From NCBI GenBank assembly GCA_963707505.1, contig CAVPQB010000006.1, positions 160,001 to 224,000 on the forward strand: a DNA stretch of 64,000 nucleotides, given 5' to 3'. The translations under genes were made by a program, and so were the position numbers. Positions within the stretch are counted from its first letter, which is position 1. Each line of letters starts with the position of its first letter. The notes beneath the pieces are model-generated. The model searched no databases. It was not told where the DNA came from and saw nothing but the letters and a program-made list of their open reading frames with translations. The DNA is from an uncultured Gemmatimonadales bacterium (GTDB lineage: Bacteria > Gemmatimonadota > Gemmatimonadetes > Gemmatimonadales > Gemmatimonadaceae). Shown here in pieces: positions 20,119-31,096 of the stretch.

Positions 20119-21621
20119 ATGACGAACAAGACCGCTGCGGCCGGCAAACGGCCTGAAGCCCGATCCCTGCTGTCCGAGAGATTCGGTCATCCGAATTTCC
20201 GGCCCGGCCAGTGGGAACCAATCAACGCGCTCCTCTCCGGGCGTGACACGCTCGTCGTAATGCCCACGGGTAGCGGCAAGTCGGTGATCTACCAACTCCC
20301 CGCCCTGCTGACACCGGGCCTTACCCTTGTCGTAAGCCCGCTCATTGCACTGATGAAGGATCAGCACGACAAGATGGACGCAATAGGCGTCGACTCGGTG
20401 TCGTTGCACTCGCATCTTTCGTCCGCCGAAAACAGAGAGGCCCGCCGACAGATCGCGGATGGCGAGGGCGAGATCCTTTACGTCACGCCAGAACGTTTCA
20501 AGGATCGTGATTTTTTCGAGCAACTGCTTCAGCGCCAGATTTCACTCTTCGTCGTCGACGAAGCGCATTGCGTGTCGCAGTGGGGCCACGACTTCCGTCC
20601 CGATTACCTGACGCTTGGCTCGATAGCGCAACGTGTTGGCCGGCCACCGATCCTGGCCCTCACGGCGACAGCGACGCAGATCGTCCGCGACGACATCATT
20701 CGCCAGCTCGGGATGCGTGATCCATATCTGACCGTCACCGGTTTCGCGCGGCCGAACCTTCGCTTTCAGGTAGTGCGCGCCGTCAACGACAATCTCAAGG
20801 ATCGGATAGTCGAGAACCTCCTGAATGACACGCCCGGATCTGGCGTCATTTACGCCGCAACCGTCAAGGAGGCAGCCCGTCTGCACAAACAGCTCTCCGA
20901 GAAATTTGCGGATCAGTTGCAGATCGGACTGTATCATGGCAAGATGGCGGCGGCAGAGCGCCGTGACACCCAGGACCGCTTCATGAGCGGCCAACTCAAA
21001 GCGATAGTGGCGACCAACGCATTCGGGCTCGGCGTCGACAAGCAGGATCTGCGTTTCGTGATTCACTACCACTTTCCCGGTTCGATCGAGTCCTACTACC
21101 AGGAGGCCGGTCGAGCTGGTCGCGATGGAGAGCCGGCGACGTGCACACTTCTGTACCGCGTCGAGGACAGACGCATCCAGTCGTACTTCCTCGGCGGCAA
21201 GTATCCCGAGGTTTCCGAAGCAGCGCGCGTGGCGATTGCGCTCGAGAAATATCCCGCCGAAACGCTGGTATCGCTTGACGACCTGGTAGACGTGACCGAA
21301 GTTGCCACGCGCAAGGTGAAGATAGTTCTCGCGCTGCTCAAGAAACATGGACTGGCACGCGAACATCGCGGCAACCACTGGCAGCGTCTTCGCGACAACC
21401 TCACGTCGATCGACCTGAGCGCCGATCTCACTGATTATGAGGAGCGGCGCGCCAGAGATCAGGAACAGCTCAATACCATAGTCCAGTTCTGCCAGACCAC
21501 CGGGTGCCGGACACGGTTCATCCTCGAGCACTTCGGGGAGGCTGTAGAGCCGGACTGGACCTGCGGCAATTGTGATGCCTGCGACCAACTCGCGGAGTGG
21601 GAACGCCGGCGAACGGCGTAG
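20119..21621 (+). CDS. RecQ family ATP-dependent DNA helicase (short form, no HRDC)
   Basis: [43 protein letters not shown] and CR...CGNCDAC. Confidence 0.94.
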   Translation: MTNKTAAAGKRPEARSLLSERFGHPNFRPGQWEPINALLSGRDTLVVMPTGSGKSVIYQLPALLTPGLTLVVSPLIALMKDQHDKMDAIGVDSVSLHSHLSSAENREARRQIADGEGEILYVTPERFKDRDFFEQLLQRQISLFVVDEAHCVSQWGHDFRPDYLTLGSIAQRVGRPPILALTATATQIVRDDIIRQLGMRDPYLTVTGFARPNLRFQVVRAVNDNLKDRIVENLLNDTPGSGVIYAATVKEAARLHKQLSEKFADQLQIGLYHGKMAAAERRDTQDRFMSGQLKAIVATNAFGLGVDKQDLRFVIHYHFPGSIESYYQEAGRAGRDGEPATCTLLYRVEDRRIQSYFLGGKYPEVSEAARVAIALEKYPAETLVSLDDLVDVTEVATRKVKIVLALLKKHGLAREHRGNHWQRLRDNLTSIDLSADLTDYEERRARDQEQLNTIVQFCQTTGCRTRFILEHFGEAVEPDWTCGNCDACDQLAEWERRRTA

Positions 21622-21660
21622 CGACGCACCCTCCAGCCAAAGTGCGGTAATTTTATCGCC

Positions 21661-22605
21661 ATGTCGATCTCGCCCATCGTAAAGCAACTGGCACAACGCA
21701 CCCGTCTGCTTTTCATAATTTTTCTCACCGCGTGGCTCGTCCCGCAGTTCGTCGACTTCCCACAAAAATACGAAGCGCGAATCGACCGCGCCCTGGAAGC
21801 GGTCGCGATCATCGCGTTGTTTTTGCAGATCGGGATCTGGATCAACGTTCTGGTCAACTACTGGGCCCGCTCCTACGTCCAGCGCCACGAGCACGATCGC
21901 GCAGACGCAACGACGATCAAGGCGATCTCCGTTCTGATCAGGGTAACGCTGTGGGTCATACTTGCGGTCATAACGCTCGAAGAGGGATTCCGACAGAACG
22001 TCACCGCGCTCGTAGCCGGACTGGGCGTTGGTGGTATCGCAATCGCATTTGCACTCCAGAACGTGCTCGGTGATATCTTCGCAGCAATGTCGATCGTTAC
22101 CGACAAGCCGTTCGTGATCGGCGATTCGATTCAGGTCGACACGTTTTCAGGGAAGGTCGAGCATATCGGCCTCAAATCGACGCGAGTGCGCTCGGATACC
22201 GGCGAGCAGATAGTCTTCGGGAACAGTGATCTGCTCAAGGGGCGTATTCGCAATTTCGGACGAATGGAAGAACGGCAGGCAGTCGTGCTGACCCGTGTCG
22301 CGGGTAACACACCCCCCGACAAGCTGACGCTCGTTCCGAAAATCATGCGAGAAGTAATCGAGAGCATTCCCAATGCGCGCTTTGTTCGCGCCGCAATGAC
22401 TACGCTGGGCGACACTACCATCGACTTCACGTCGGTCTACTACCTCACAGACCCCGCGTACCAGGTCTATGTGGACTCACAGCAAGCGGTAATGTTGGAG
22501 CTGATGCGGCGCCTATCTGCTGAAGGCATCCTGCTCAGCGTCCAGCTCGAGGCCGCGGTAAAGGAGAAAGCGGCAAGCCTCAACGTCGCGGGAGCACCGG
22601 CGTAA
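21661..22605 (+). CDS. Small-conductance mechanosensitive channel (MscS family)
   Basis: AGLGVGGIAIAFALQ, DKPFVIGD and VEHIGLKSTR. Confidence 0.92.
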   Translation: MSISPIVKQLAQRTRLLFIIFLTAWLVPQFVDFPQKYEARIDRALEAVAIIALFLQIGIWINVLVNYWARSYVQRHEHDRADATTIKAISVLIRVTLWVILAVITLEEGFRQNVTALVAGLGVGGIAIAFALQNVLGDIFAAMSIVTDKPFVIGDSIQVDTFSGKVEHIGLKSTRVRSDTGEQIVFGNSDLLKGRIRNFGRMEERQAVVLTRVAGNTPPDKLTLVPKIMREVIESIPNARFVRAAMTTLGDTTIDFTSVYYLTDPAYQVYVDSQQAVMLELMRRLSAEGILLSVQLEAAVKEKAASLNVAGAPA

Positions 22606-22606
22606 T

Positions 22607-23083
22607 TCACACCGCTGATGACTGCTGCTCCGATATTGTAGCCGATGCTGCAGCGCGCTTCAGACGCGCGACCATTGCATTCAGGCCAACCTCGCGCGCA
22701 TTGAGACCCATTCCCTCCATGAGGATCGGCACGAAGTCGTGCGGGATTGCGAGCGTGACTGACGGAGGTTGATCGTTCACCGCCGCGAATACGATGGCCA
22801 GAACTGCCGCGACCGTCGGTGATTGACGCACATTGACGTCTGCGTAGAAGTGCATCTTGCCGTCATGCACTTCAGGAAATATGTCGACCCGTGTCTGACA
22901 CTCCGGTACGATGAACGCGGCACGATCTACATCAGCGTACCGCTCCGGAACCGGCTCCAGTTTGCGCGAATACTGCACCAACGCCTGCATCTTGTCTGCG
23001 CGATCCATCGCACGGAATCGCCGCAACACCCGCTCGATCGCGTCCGGAAGATGCTCGCCCGCCTGCTTCTCAGCCTCGCCCAA
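22607..23083 (-). CDS. SufE family sulfur acceptor
   Basis: VPECQTRV with conserved Cys; GLNAREVGLNAM. Start codon (TTG) uncertain. Confidence 0.8.
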   Translation of the reverse strand: MGEAEKQAGEHLPDAIERVLRRFRAMDRADKMQALVQYSRKLEPVPERYADVDRAAFIVPECQTRVDIFPEVHDGKMHFYADVNVRQSPTVAAVLAIVFAAVNDQPPSVTLAIPHDFVPILMEGMGLNAREVGLNAMVARLKRAAASATISEQQSSAV

Positions 23084-23085
23084 TG

Positions 23086-24357
23086 TTATTTCCCCTCGCC
23101 AATCCCGCTCTTTGAGACGAGCTGCGCCGCAAGCACTGTCTGAATAACGCTCGTGATATTATTGGTAGCCCCGTCCGCAGCACTCGTGCCGTCACTCGAA
23201 ATATTGATCAACCGCGCCGTGGCGAGCGCACTGGCGATGACGGGTGCCACTTGCGGCAACAGCTCGATCTGACGATAACGGAAGTAGCTCTCGCCACCTG
23301 CCTGAATCGCCGCGTTCACCTTGGCGATGCTTTCGGCATTCGCGGTGGCGACGCGAGTTATCCGAATGGATTCGGCGTCGGCCGCTGCCTCCGCCTCTAT
23401 CTTCACGCGCTCGGCGTCTGCTCGCGCCTGCGCAATCTGCGTTGCCTCCAGCTCGGATGTGCGCTGCACGGCAAGCGCATCCTGCTTGAGCGCTTCGGCC
23501 TGCGCGATGAGTGCAGCGTTGGACGCCTTGGTCTGCTCCAGCTCGCGCTGTTTATCGGAGATCACGCGCTCTGCTTCGAGCTGCGCTTCCTTCGCACGAC
23601 GCGCCTGCTGCGCGGAAACAATGTCGGCGTTAGCCTGCGCTTCCGCGGCCGACTGTCTGCGACGCGCGTCAGCGACCTCGGATTGCACGACCTTGATGTT
23701 GAGAGAATTGAACCCAAGTCCAAGATCCGTCAGCTCTCGCGAACAGGCTTTCCGAATGATGACGGCCAGTGGGTCGTCATCATCGTCTGCTGACTGAACC
23801 GTGGATACCGAAATCTGATTCGCCGACGATGGAACCATCATTGCCGTGCTGGCCACCTCTGCTCCCGACTGCAATGCGATCGCGCGCGGAACAGTCTTGG
23901 CTGAGAAAAGCTGATCGTGCGTGAGCAGATTGATTGCCCGCCGGCCCGAGCTCGACAGCAGATCGGTAATCGTGCTCATCTGATCCGCCTCCGGCTTCGC
24001 GAAAAAGCGGTTCGCCGCGGTCTTGATCATTGCATCGGTTTCACCAACCGAGACGATCGCGCTCGCCAATACGCGAACTTTGATAGGTTGCGGATGGCCG
24101 TTCTCATCCACATCCGCTGTCTGGTCCGTGATGTCGAGATCCACGTTGATCACCTTGCTCGACAACGTGGTACCCGTGGTCAACAGCGGGATTTCCTTCG
24201 ACTTCCCCGGACCGCGGTAGATCACCGTGCCACCGCCGGTCCAGCTCACCAACCGTATCGTGCCGGCTTCGACGTTACGTAGAAATGACGCGACGATCGT
24301 CGGAATCAGGATCAGCACGATGAATACGACGCCGACGATCAGAAGCAGTGATTGCAT
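23086..24357 (-). CDS. Flotillin/SPFH family protein
   Basis: N-terminal TM helix, SPFH-like core and AEA-rich coiled coil. Confidence 0.8.
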   Translation of the reverse strand: MQSLLLIVGVVFIVLILIPTIVASFLRNVEAGTIRLVSWTGGGTVIYRGPGKSKEIPLLTTGTTLSSKVINVDLDITDQTADVDENGHPQPIKVRVLASAIVSVGETDAMIKTAANRFFAKPEADQMSTITDLLSSSGRRAINLLTHDQLFSAKTVPRAIALQSGAEVASTAMMVPSSANQISVSTVQSADDDDDPLAVIIRKACSRELTDLGLGFNSLNIKVVQSEVADARRRQSAAEAQANADIVSAQQARRAKEAQLEAERVISDKQRELEQTKASNAALIAQAEALKQDALAVQRTSELEATQIAQARADAERVKIEAEAAADAESIRITRVATANAESIAKVNAAIQAGGESYFRYRQIELLPQVAPVIASALATARLINISSDGTSAADGATNNITSVIQTVLAAQLVSKSGIGEGK

Positions 24358-24417
24358 GGTCAGATGGTCCCTGTAAGTTGTTTGAGTTGCCGCATGCGCC
24401 AGTCGAGCGTTGTCTGA

Positions 24418-25089
24418 CTATCTGGCGCCATGTCCGACATACGAAACCGTGCAACGACTGCGTGCGGCATCCACTTGTTCCACACGCAACACATCACCGG
24501 CGCGAACCCGCACGCCGAGCGCAAGATCGTCCTCGCGTAGCGTGCCGAGACATTGAACGATCTGGCCGTCGACTTCAACGGCCACCAACCCCTGCCCGTT
24601 GTCGTCGAAGCCGCTTGCTGCACGAGCTTCGCTCAGCAGGCTGCCTTCGAGCGTCGTTGCAGGATTGGATGCAAAACGAAAGAGAAAGCGCCATAACGGC
24701 GCGACGAGCGCACGCTCGAACACGACGGCGCCAAGTAACGCGACGGCGAGCAGCAGCACACCGCTCAACAGCGGCCGCGCGACAACTCCCGTGAGCCCAA
24801 AGCCCACCAGCAAGCTGAACAGAACCCGTGGAGATGCGAGCGACAGTAATGCGGATTTGAACCCGCCCGCGTGATGCGCCGCCGCGTGATGCGCCGCCGC
24901 GTGGGCTGCGAGGTGCGCGCCGGCCGTATGGCCGCTATGCATCACGCCGTCGCCGTGCTGCAGGTGCGCGTGGCCGCCGGAATCATGGCCAGCCGCACCT
25001 TCGTGCGAGCCGGAATGCGCGAGGCCAGTCGCCGCCATTGCCACCAGGCCGGCACCGCCAAGCGCGAGCGCGAAGGTATAGGAATCCAT
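24418..25089 (-). CDS. NfeD/YqiJ-like membrane partner of flotillin with His-rich loop
   Basis: TM helices plus an OB-fold-like C-terminus (GLVAVEVDGQ), directly upstream of the flotillin gene. Confidence 0.7.
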   Translation of the reverse strand: MDSYTFALALGGAGLVAMAATGLAHSGSHEGAAGHDSGGHAHLQHGDGVMHSGHTAGAHLAAHAAAHHAAAHHAGGFKSALLSLASPRVLFSLLVGFGLTGVVARPLLSGVLLLAVALLGAVVFERALVAPLWRFLFRFASNPATTLEGSLLSEARAASGFDDNGQGLVAVEVDGQIVQCLGTLREDDLALGVRVRAGDVLRVEQVDAARSRCTVSYVGHGAR

Positions 25090-25175
25090 GTGGTCCTACT
25101 TGAATATACGCGGCGCGAGTAATGGAGGGCGGCGAGAGTTGCTCCCCCGCCCCCCGTTACTGCACGCGGCGGCCG

Positions 25176-25757
25176 TCACTTCGTCGGTGCGTTCCCGCCT
25201 ACCATCGATGCGATGCGCGCTTCGAGCGAACCCGTAGTGGAACACACCACGGGAGCCGTCCCAAACGCCATCGGCGTCGCTGTCGCCTGGATCAGAGTTG
25301 CGACCTCGGTACCATTCTCGGACGTCGGACTCAGACGTGACACCACACTCATGTTGATCGAATAGACGTCCGCGTTCGCACTGCCGCTGCCGCCGGAGCC
25401 GCAGTCCAGATATTGCGACAGACGCTGATTCGCCAGCGTATGACTCCGCTTCATCCCCTCATTGCCAAGCACGTGCGCATCGGGCTGAACCGTCGTCAGG
25501 GGTATGCCGAGATCGGAATACACCTTCGATAAACGTGTCCATGCATCCGCGATCGGAACCTGTACCGTGGTCCGCTGTGCTACCTTGAATTGGGGAACGG
25601 TCGCCATGCGATCTCCGCTCTGCGTATTGCTTTCCTGAATGGAAGGCCCGCTGGACACACCACCGCTGAGCGGCGCACTGCTGGATGCACAGCTGGCCAG
25701 TAGGGCAACCCCGGCAAACGACAACGACCGTGAGTAGCGTCGCGCTGCTTGGTACAT
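25176..25757 (-). CDS. Hypothetical lipoprotein
   Basis: GAGGAG RBS, LLASC lipobox and a pair of Cys (YLDCG, CSTTG). Confidence 0.75.
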   Translation of the reverse strand: MYQAARRYSRSLSFAGVALLASCASSSAPLSGGVSSGPSIQESNTQSGDRMATVPQFKVAQRTTVQVPIADAWTRLSKVYSDLGIPLTTVQPDAHVLGNEGMKRSHTLANQRLSQYLDCGSGGSGSANADVYSINMSVVSRLSPTSENGTEVATLIQATATPMAFGTAPVVCSTTGSLEARIASMVGGNAPTK

Positions 25758-25853
25758 GGCGATCTCCTCGATCCAAGGTGAGTCGCAAATGTACGCCTGC
25801 ATACCGAATATGGGAACCGCCGTGACGCTCGCCTGGCGCCGGCTTACAGCAGA

Positions 25854-26354
25854 CTAGACCGCTACCGGCAAGAGCGCTCGGTGCCACGATTCGGCGGCAT
25901 CGACCTCGAACCGACCGCGCCATTCGCCAGCGGTCTGCACGCTCAGATCGAACACGTGGCTATCGCTTCCAATCAAGCCGCCCTGTGCACGCTCCGCAAA
26001 ACCGGCGCGATCAGTGACCTGTATCGAGCCATTCCGGGTCCGGAAGTAAACTCGCGAGTTTCCCAACAGCGAGGTCCCGAGGCCCATTTCGAGATCGCGA
26101 AGCACGCGAAACAACGCGTCCAGCGAACAGCCCGACGCATTCTCGTCCCGCTGATCCACGGCTATCGCGAGAAACCGTCCGTCACGCCATTCTCGCGCAA
26201 CAGTCAATGGAGATCCGTGCGCGCGCCAGTCACTCAGGTAGTCGTCGATTGCGGAAAGCAGAACCGACTCCCGCTCCGCAGAGAGTTCGTCGGCACTTCC
26301 AAACACCCAGACTCGCGCGTCGTCGGGCAGAGAGGTGAACGCAACAAGAGGCAT
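25854..26354 (-). CDS. Conserved hypothetical protein
   Basis: LPDDARVWVF, WRAHG and ASGCSLD are reminiscent of an uncharacterised family (recalled, not searched). Confidence 0.75.
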   Translation of the reverse strand: MPLVAFTSLPDDARVWVFGSADELSAERESVLLSAIDDYLSDWRAHGSPLTVAREWRDGRFLAIAVDQRDENASGCSLDALFRVLRDLEMGLGTSLLGNSRVYFRTRNGSIQVTDRAGFAERAQGGLIGSDSHVFDLSVQTAGEWRGRFEVDAAESWHRALLPVAV

Positions 26355-26420
26355 ATCGCAATATAACCGCGGCATGCCTCTGCTCCATCTCAAAATGCAT
26401 CAACCAATCGTCTACCGAAC

Positions 26421-27185
26421 CTACATTCCGCTTGCGGCCAATGGTGCCGGAGCGTGTCCGGTGCCGCCAATTGGCGACGGAACTTCACCCTGCGACGCGC
26501 GGTTCTTGATCGCGTCCTCGAATGCCGCAAGCTCGATCACCATCGCGGCCCGGAGGTGCTCGACTTCCTCCGCCGCACCATCGCCCTTCCACAACTTGTC
26601 GATCTGCTGCACCGTACGGATCGCGCCGACGTTGAGCGCGGCACCGCGGGCGCGGGTGACCACCGAGTTGAGCAACGGAACGTCAGCAGGTCCGACCTGC
26701 GCCTGTGCCAGAGCGTCGTCCAGCTCGTGCAGAACCTGACTGGCGATCGCCAGCATCGGCTGGATCGTGCGGCTGTAGAAGCGCAGACGCTTGCTCATCT
26801 CGCGCCACGATTCCCAGCGCACCGGCGATCGTTCCATGGCGCGATTGATGCGCCCAGCGAACGACTGGATCGCGATCGGTTTCTTCACGAAATCGATTGC
26901 GCCAAAACCAAGCGCTGCTTCCACCGTCTCGATATCCGCTTGAGCGGTGCAGCAGAGCACTGGGATGTCGCGCAGATGAGGCATGCTGTGCTTCTGCTTG
27001 AGCAGATCCAATCCGTTCATGTCAGGCAGCATCATATCGGCAATCACCATGTCGATCGGCTGCGTTCGAAGCTGCTGCAGAGCCTCGGCGCCAGTGTGCG
27101 CTTCGCAGTGCGCGTACCGCATCCGCTTGAGCAACGCGGAGATGATGTGGCACGTGACGAGGTCGTCTTCGATGATCTGGATCAT
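26421..27185 (-). CDS. Response regulator: REC domain plus Hpt-like C-terminal domain lacking His
   Basis: IIEDD, IADMMLPDMNG and FVKKP; C-terminal VVTRARGAALNVGA. Confidence 0.8.
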   Translation of the reverse strand: MIQIIEDDLVTCHIISALLKRMRYAHCEAHTGAEALQQLRTQPIDMVIADMMLPDMNGLDLLKQKHSMPHLRDIPVLCCTAQADIETVEAALGFGAIDFVKKPIAIQSFAGRINRAMERSPVRWESWREMSKRLRFYSRTIQPMLAIASQVLHELDDALAQAQVGPADVPLLNSVVTRARGAALNVGAIRTVQQIDKLWKGDGAAEEVEHLRAAMVIELAAFEDAIKNRASQGEVPSPIGGTGHAPAPLAASGM

Positions 27186-27192
27186 AATGCAA

Positions 27193-27219
27193 TTATCGGC
27201 GTCTCAGGGCGGGACTGTA
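27193..27219 (-). promoter_or_regulatory. sigma28 promoter, probably leaderless transcript
   Basis: TACA-N15-GCCGATAA, 7 nt before ATG 27185. Confidence 0.7.
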
Positions 27220-27258
27220 GGGCAGCACGTCCACCGTCAGGCCTGGACGAGGCCGCGC

Positions 27259-29615
27259 TCAGGCCGCTGCTGCGTGACTCGGAAAGGCGCTGTCCAGAAC
27301 CCCTCGGACACGCATGAACTCAGCTTCCATCTCGTCGATCAGCGTACGCGCGCCGGCCGCATCGTGCTTCTGCCCGGCCCCTTGAAGCGCAGCACCGAGC
27401 GCCGCCATGGTCGTCGCACCCATGTTTCCGCTGCTTCCTTTCAGGGCGTGACCTGTGCGTTCGATCAATGGCAGGTCGCCAGTGTCCATTGCAGCACGAA
27501 GGGTGACAATTCGGGACGAAGTGTCCGATATAAATGTCCCTATCAGACGCGACACGAAATCATCGCCACCCTCCGCCATGGCGGCGAGATTATCCAGCAC
27601 GGACAGGTCAACCGATGATTGATCCATGGAGGCACCTGAATTATCGAACTGCGCCGCGAGAGCCGCCACCAACGCAGGATCGGCCGCGAAGGAGGTCGCC
27701 GGAACAGATTCCACGGGTTCGCGCCGCCTCGCCGGGCCCGTGAACAGATAGTGGCTGGCATTCGGCGTTGAACTCTCGGCACCCGGCTTCGAATCGTTCG
27801 GGATCCAGCATTCCATGGCTGTCTCGAGCTCTTCCAGCGCTATCGGTTTTGGAATGAAGCCATCCATCCCCGCGTCCAGACACCGCGCACGGTCCTCGCG
27901 CATTGCATTCGCGGTCATTGCGATGATCGGCGTATGGCGTCCCTCGACATCCTCGCGTTGCCGGATCGCACGAGTGGCGCTGTAACCATCCATCTCCGGC
28001 ATCTGACAATCCATCAGCACCAGATCGTACGGTAGCTGAGCAAGCATCGCGACGGCTTCCTGGCCATTGGATGCGATGTCGCAGCGATACCCGAGCTTGT
28101 TGAGCATGTGCGACGCGACCCGCTGGTTTACCGGATTGTCCTCCGCGACCAGTACGCGCGCGCGCGCCTTGCTCAGTACGCCGGCGGCTGCCGTTTCCGC
28201 GACACGTCGTACCTTCGGCGCGAGATCGGGATGGAGCACGGATCCAAGAACACCAAGCAGTCGCGTGGGGCGGACTGGCAACGCGAAGGTGACGTCAACG
28301 CCGGCTCTGGATGCCGCGTCGGCGCTCGGCTTTTGTCGCGTTTTTGCCAGGCGACAACGCCGCCGATGCTCTCTGAAAACTCGCGGCGCAGATCCCGAAT
28401 CGACCGAAGAGGATCGGAGCCGAGCATCGAGAGATCGACGATCACCATGTCGTACCGCTCGCCAGCCTCGACTCTGGCGCGAAGCAACGCGCGTGCAGCG
28501 GCGACCGTGCGTGCACCGTCCACGGTTGCGCCCCAATCAGTAGCGTAACGTCGCAGCACCACACGCGTGAGCTTGCCGCCAACGAGTACCAGCACGCGTG
28601 AATCTTTCATCACGTTCGCACTCGGCGTCGACATCACGCGCGGTCCCCGCTGCGCTGCGATAGTGAAGTGAAATACACTGCCCTCGCCCGGAACGCTGGC
28701 GACCTCCATCGCGCCCCCAAGCAGGCTGACCAGATGCTTCGAGATCGCGAGCCCCAGACCGGTCCCGCCGTACTTTCGCGTTGTGGAACTGTCTGCTTGC
28801 TGAAACGGCTGGAACAATCGTGTTCGGGCTTCGGCTGTGAGACCGATGCCGGTGTCATTCACGTCGAATCGGAGCTGCACTCCGGCGTCGTTTTCCGACT
28901 CGACGGTTACGTGAACGTAGATACGACCGACGTGTGTGAACTTGATCGCGTTGCCAACCAGGTTGAGCAGGATCTGGCGCAGCCGGCCCTGATCCGTGCG
29001 AACGACAGCAGGCACGCGCTCGTCCACATAGAAGCCGAGTTCCAGTTTCTTCTGCAGCGCCTGATCGGCAAGCAGCTCGACGACTTCTTCCACCGTCGTG
29101 CGAACGTTGCAATCGATGATCTCGATCTCGAGCCGCCCCGCTTCGATCTTCGAGAAATCGAGAATCTCATTGATGATCGTGAGCAGCGCCTGTCCCGATG
29201 ACCGAACCGTGTCGACGTACTCGTGCTGTTCCTGATTGAGTCCCGTGTCGAGGAGCAGCCCCGTCATACCGAGAATGCCGTTCATGGGAGTACGGATCTC
29301 GTGCGACATGCGTGCAAGGAATTCGCTCTTGGCTTGATTTCCCTGCTCGGCCTTCTCCATCGCCTCTGCCAGCTCGAGCGTGCGCTCACGGACTTTCTGA
29401 TCGAGACCCGAGAGTATCTGCTGCATCTCGCGCATGAGCGTCTCGCGCTCCGTGAGCGCGCCACGGATACTTTGCGCCTGGCCCTCATCCACGCGAGTCG
29501 TTGCTGCTGCGGCAGCGCCAACAAGCTTCAGGCGCCTTACATGTCGAGCGAGCATGACGACGAGAACTGCCTCGATCGAGATGCCGAGCCCGAGAATCAG
29601 AATAGACGCGTGCAC
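27259..29615 (-). CDS. Hybrid histidine kinase TM-HisKA-HATPase-REC(degenerate)-REC-Hpt (frameshift near 28330)
   Basis: [48 protein letters not shown] and [12 protein letters not shown]. Confidence 0.9.
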
Positions 29616-29637
29616 TTTGTAGCTGGCTTTGCGCGGG

Positions 29638-30315
29638 CTACTGCGTGGTTCTGCCTGAGTGATCGCACCAGAACAGCGCGTCGGCCGTGGCCTGGCGCTC
29701 GAACGAGTTTCTCGTGGAGGCAGATTCGCTGAACGTCGGCAGTTGTTCGTTGGTGATGACCGCCGCTTCTGCACGACCGCCCGACAGCAACGACGACGTT
29801 GCATGTAACCGACGCTCTATGTCGCGGAGCATCTGCGCGACGTGCCCCAGCTGTTGCGATGTGATATCCTGAAATTGCAGCGAGCCCATGACAGCGAAGA
29901 GCTCATCGCGCATCTTCGCCCGTACGGCCGCGGCTTCGACGGCCGAGTCGTCGAAGGACCCGGACGCGTCGATCTCATCCAGGCGGTCGACGTATGCGTG
30001 TGCGCGCTCCAGGCCGTCCATCATGCGTGTGGCGGCGAGCTCGGTTGCGGAACATACCTCGCCAAGCTTGGTCGTACTGTCGTGAATCTCCTGAAGGGTT
30101 ACGCCCTGGAGAGCTTCGCGACTCGTGTGCAGTGTGCAGAGAACCTGTGCAATCTCGCCCGTGGCGCGTTGCATCATTGCAAGTAGCACACCGACGTTGT
30201 TTCCGCGAAGGCCGGTATCCCCCCCGTCGTCACGCAGCTCTTCGAGCTCGCTGTCGACCAGCCGAAGCATCGTCTCGGAATCGTAAAGGACTTCGGCGAT
30301 GCGTGAGTTGGACAT
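29638..30315 (-). CDS. cheZ: CheZ-like phosphatase
   Basis: [11 protein letters not shown] and [11 protein letters not shown] (DxxxQ motif); directly downstream of cheY. Confidence 0.7.
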   Translation of the reverse strand: MSNSRIAEVLYDSETMLRLVDSELEELRDDGGDTGLRGNNVGVLLAMMQRATGEIAQVLCTLHTSREALQGVTLQEIHDSTTKLGEVCSATELAATRMMDGLERAHAYVDRLDEIDASGSFDDSAVEAAAVRAKMRDELFAVMGSLQFQDITSQQLGHVAQMLRDIERRLHATSSLLSGGRAEAAVITNEQLPTFSESASTRNSFERQATADALFWCDHSGRTTQ

Positions 30316-30321
30316 TGGAGT

Positions 30322-30690
30322 CTATGCTACTCTGGTAGCCAGTACCGCGTCGATTTTCTCGCGAAGTACCTGGGGGGTGAATGGCTTGACGACGTAGCTG
30401 TCCACGCCCGCTTCCATGGCGGTGAGAATATCATCGCGAACACTGCGTGCGGTGACCATGATCAGCGGCATCGACTTTGTCTCGTCGCAAGAGCGAATCG
30501 CTCTCGTGAGCTCCGCGCCACTGACCTTCGGCATGTTCCAGTCGGTAATGACGAAGTCGACGGTAGCAATCTTCTCCAACGCCTCTGCTCCGTCACTCGC
30601 CTCCACCACGTCGCTGAAACCGACGCGCTGGAGGGAGTTAACCACTATGCGGCGCATGGTGGCCGAGTCGTCAACAACGAGGAAGCGCAT
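30322..30690 (-). CDS. cheY: Chemotaxis response regulator CheY
   Basis: LVVDDSATMRRI, TDWNMP, MVTA and YVVKPFT; stand-alone REC domain. Confidence 0.9.
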   Translation of the reverse strand: MRFLVVDDSATMRRIVVNSLQRVGFSDVVEASDGAEALEKIATVDFVITDWNMPKVSGAELTRAIRSCDETKSMPLIMVTARSVRDDILTAMEAGVDSYVVKPFTPQVLREKIDAVLATRVA

Positions 30691-30722
30691 GTGCTTGGCT
30701 CCAGAAAAACTGAGTAATGCTG

Positions 30723-31022
30723 CTACAGGGCGCCGCTGCGAATCACAGCGCGCGCAACCTGATCGGCCATTTCGAGCGAATTGTAGGCGCCCGAGAGAAC
30801 CTTCGCGCGGATCTGATCGGCGCGTGCCGGATCGAGGGACGATGCAACCGGCGCGCTCGCCCCATCACTTGCGAGAGCGAGCCCCGCATCCGATATCTGA
30901 ACCGCGTCCGCACTGCGTGACGGCGAGACCGGATCGACTGGAACTTCGGGCGCAGCTGCACCCTGGACGCGCTGTAGTGCGTCGGTGCGAACTGTGTCGG
31001 CTGCGATTTTGTTTACGTGCAT
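30723..31022 (-). CDS. flgM: Anti-sigma28 factor FlgM
   Basis: DAVQIS...RADQIRAKVLSGAY; size and gene context fit. Confidence 0.8.
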   Translation of the reverse strand: MHVNKIAADTVRTDALQRVQGAAAPEVPVDPVSPSRSADAVQISDAGLALASDGASAPVASSLDPARADQIRAKVLSGAYNSLEMADQVARAVIRSGAL

Positions 31023-31045
31023 GTGTGGTTTCTCCTTCCCTTCGA

Positions 31046-31073
31046 ATATCGGGTTACGGGGGGCGTTACTTTA
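31046..31073 (-). promoter_or_regulatory. sigma28-like promoter of flgM-cheY-cheZ
   Basis: TAAAGT start; TAAA-N16-CCCGATAT. Confidence 0.6.
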
Positions 31074-31096
31074 CCGCCGCCCGGTCGTACCTGTGC

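Noticed and set aside
20542..21894. Long antisense ORFs (this one; also 17231-18511, 47493-48563, 8507-9619 and 60136-61083)
   Set aside because: Typical shadow ORFs of GC-rich genes, with no recognisable motifs.
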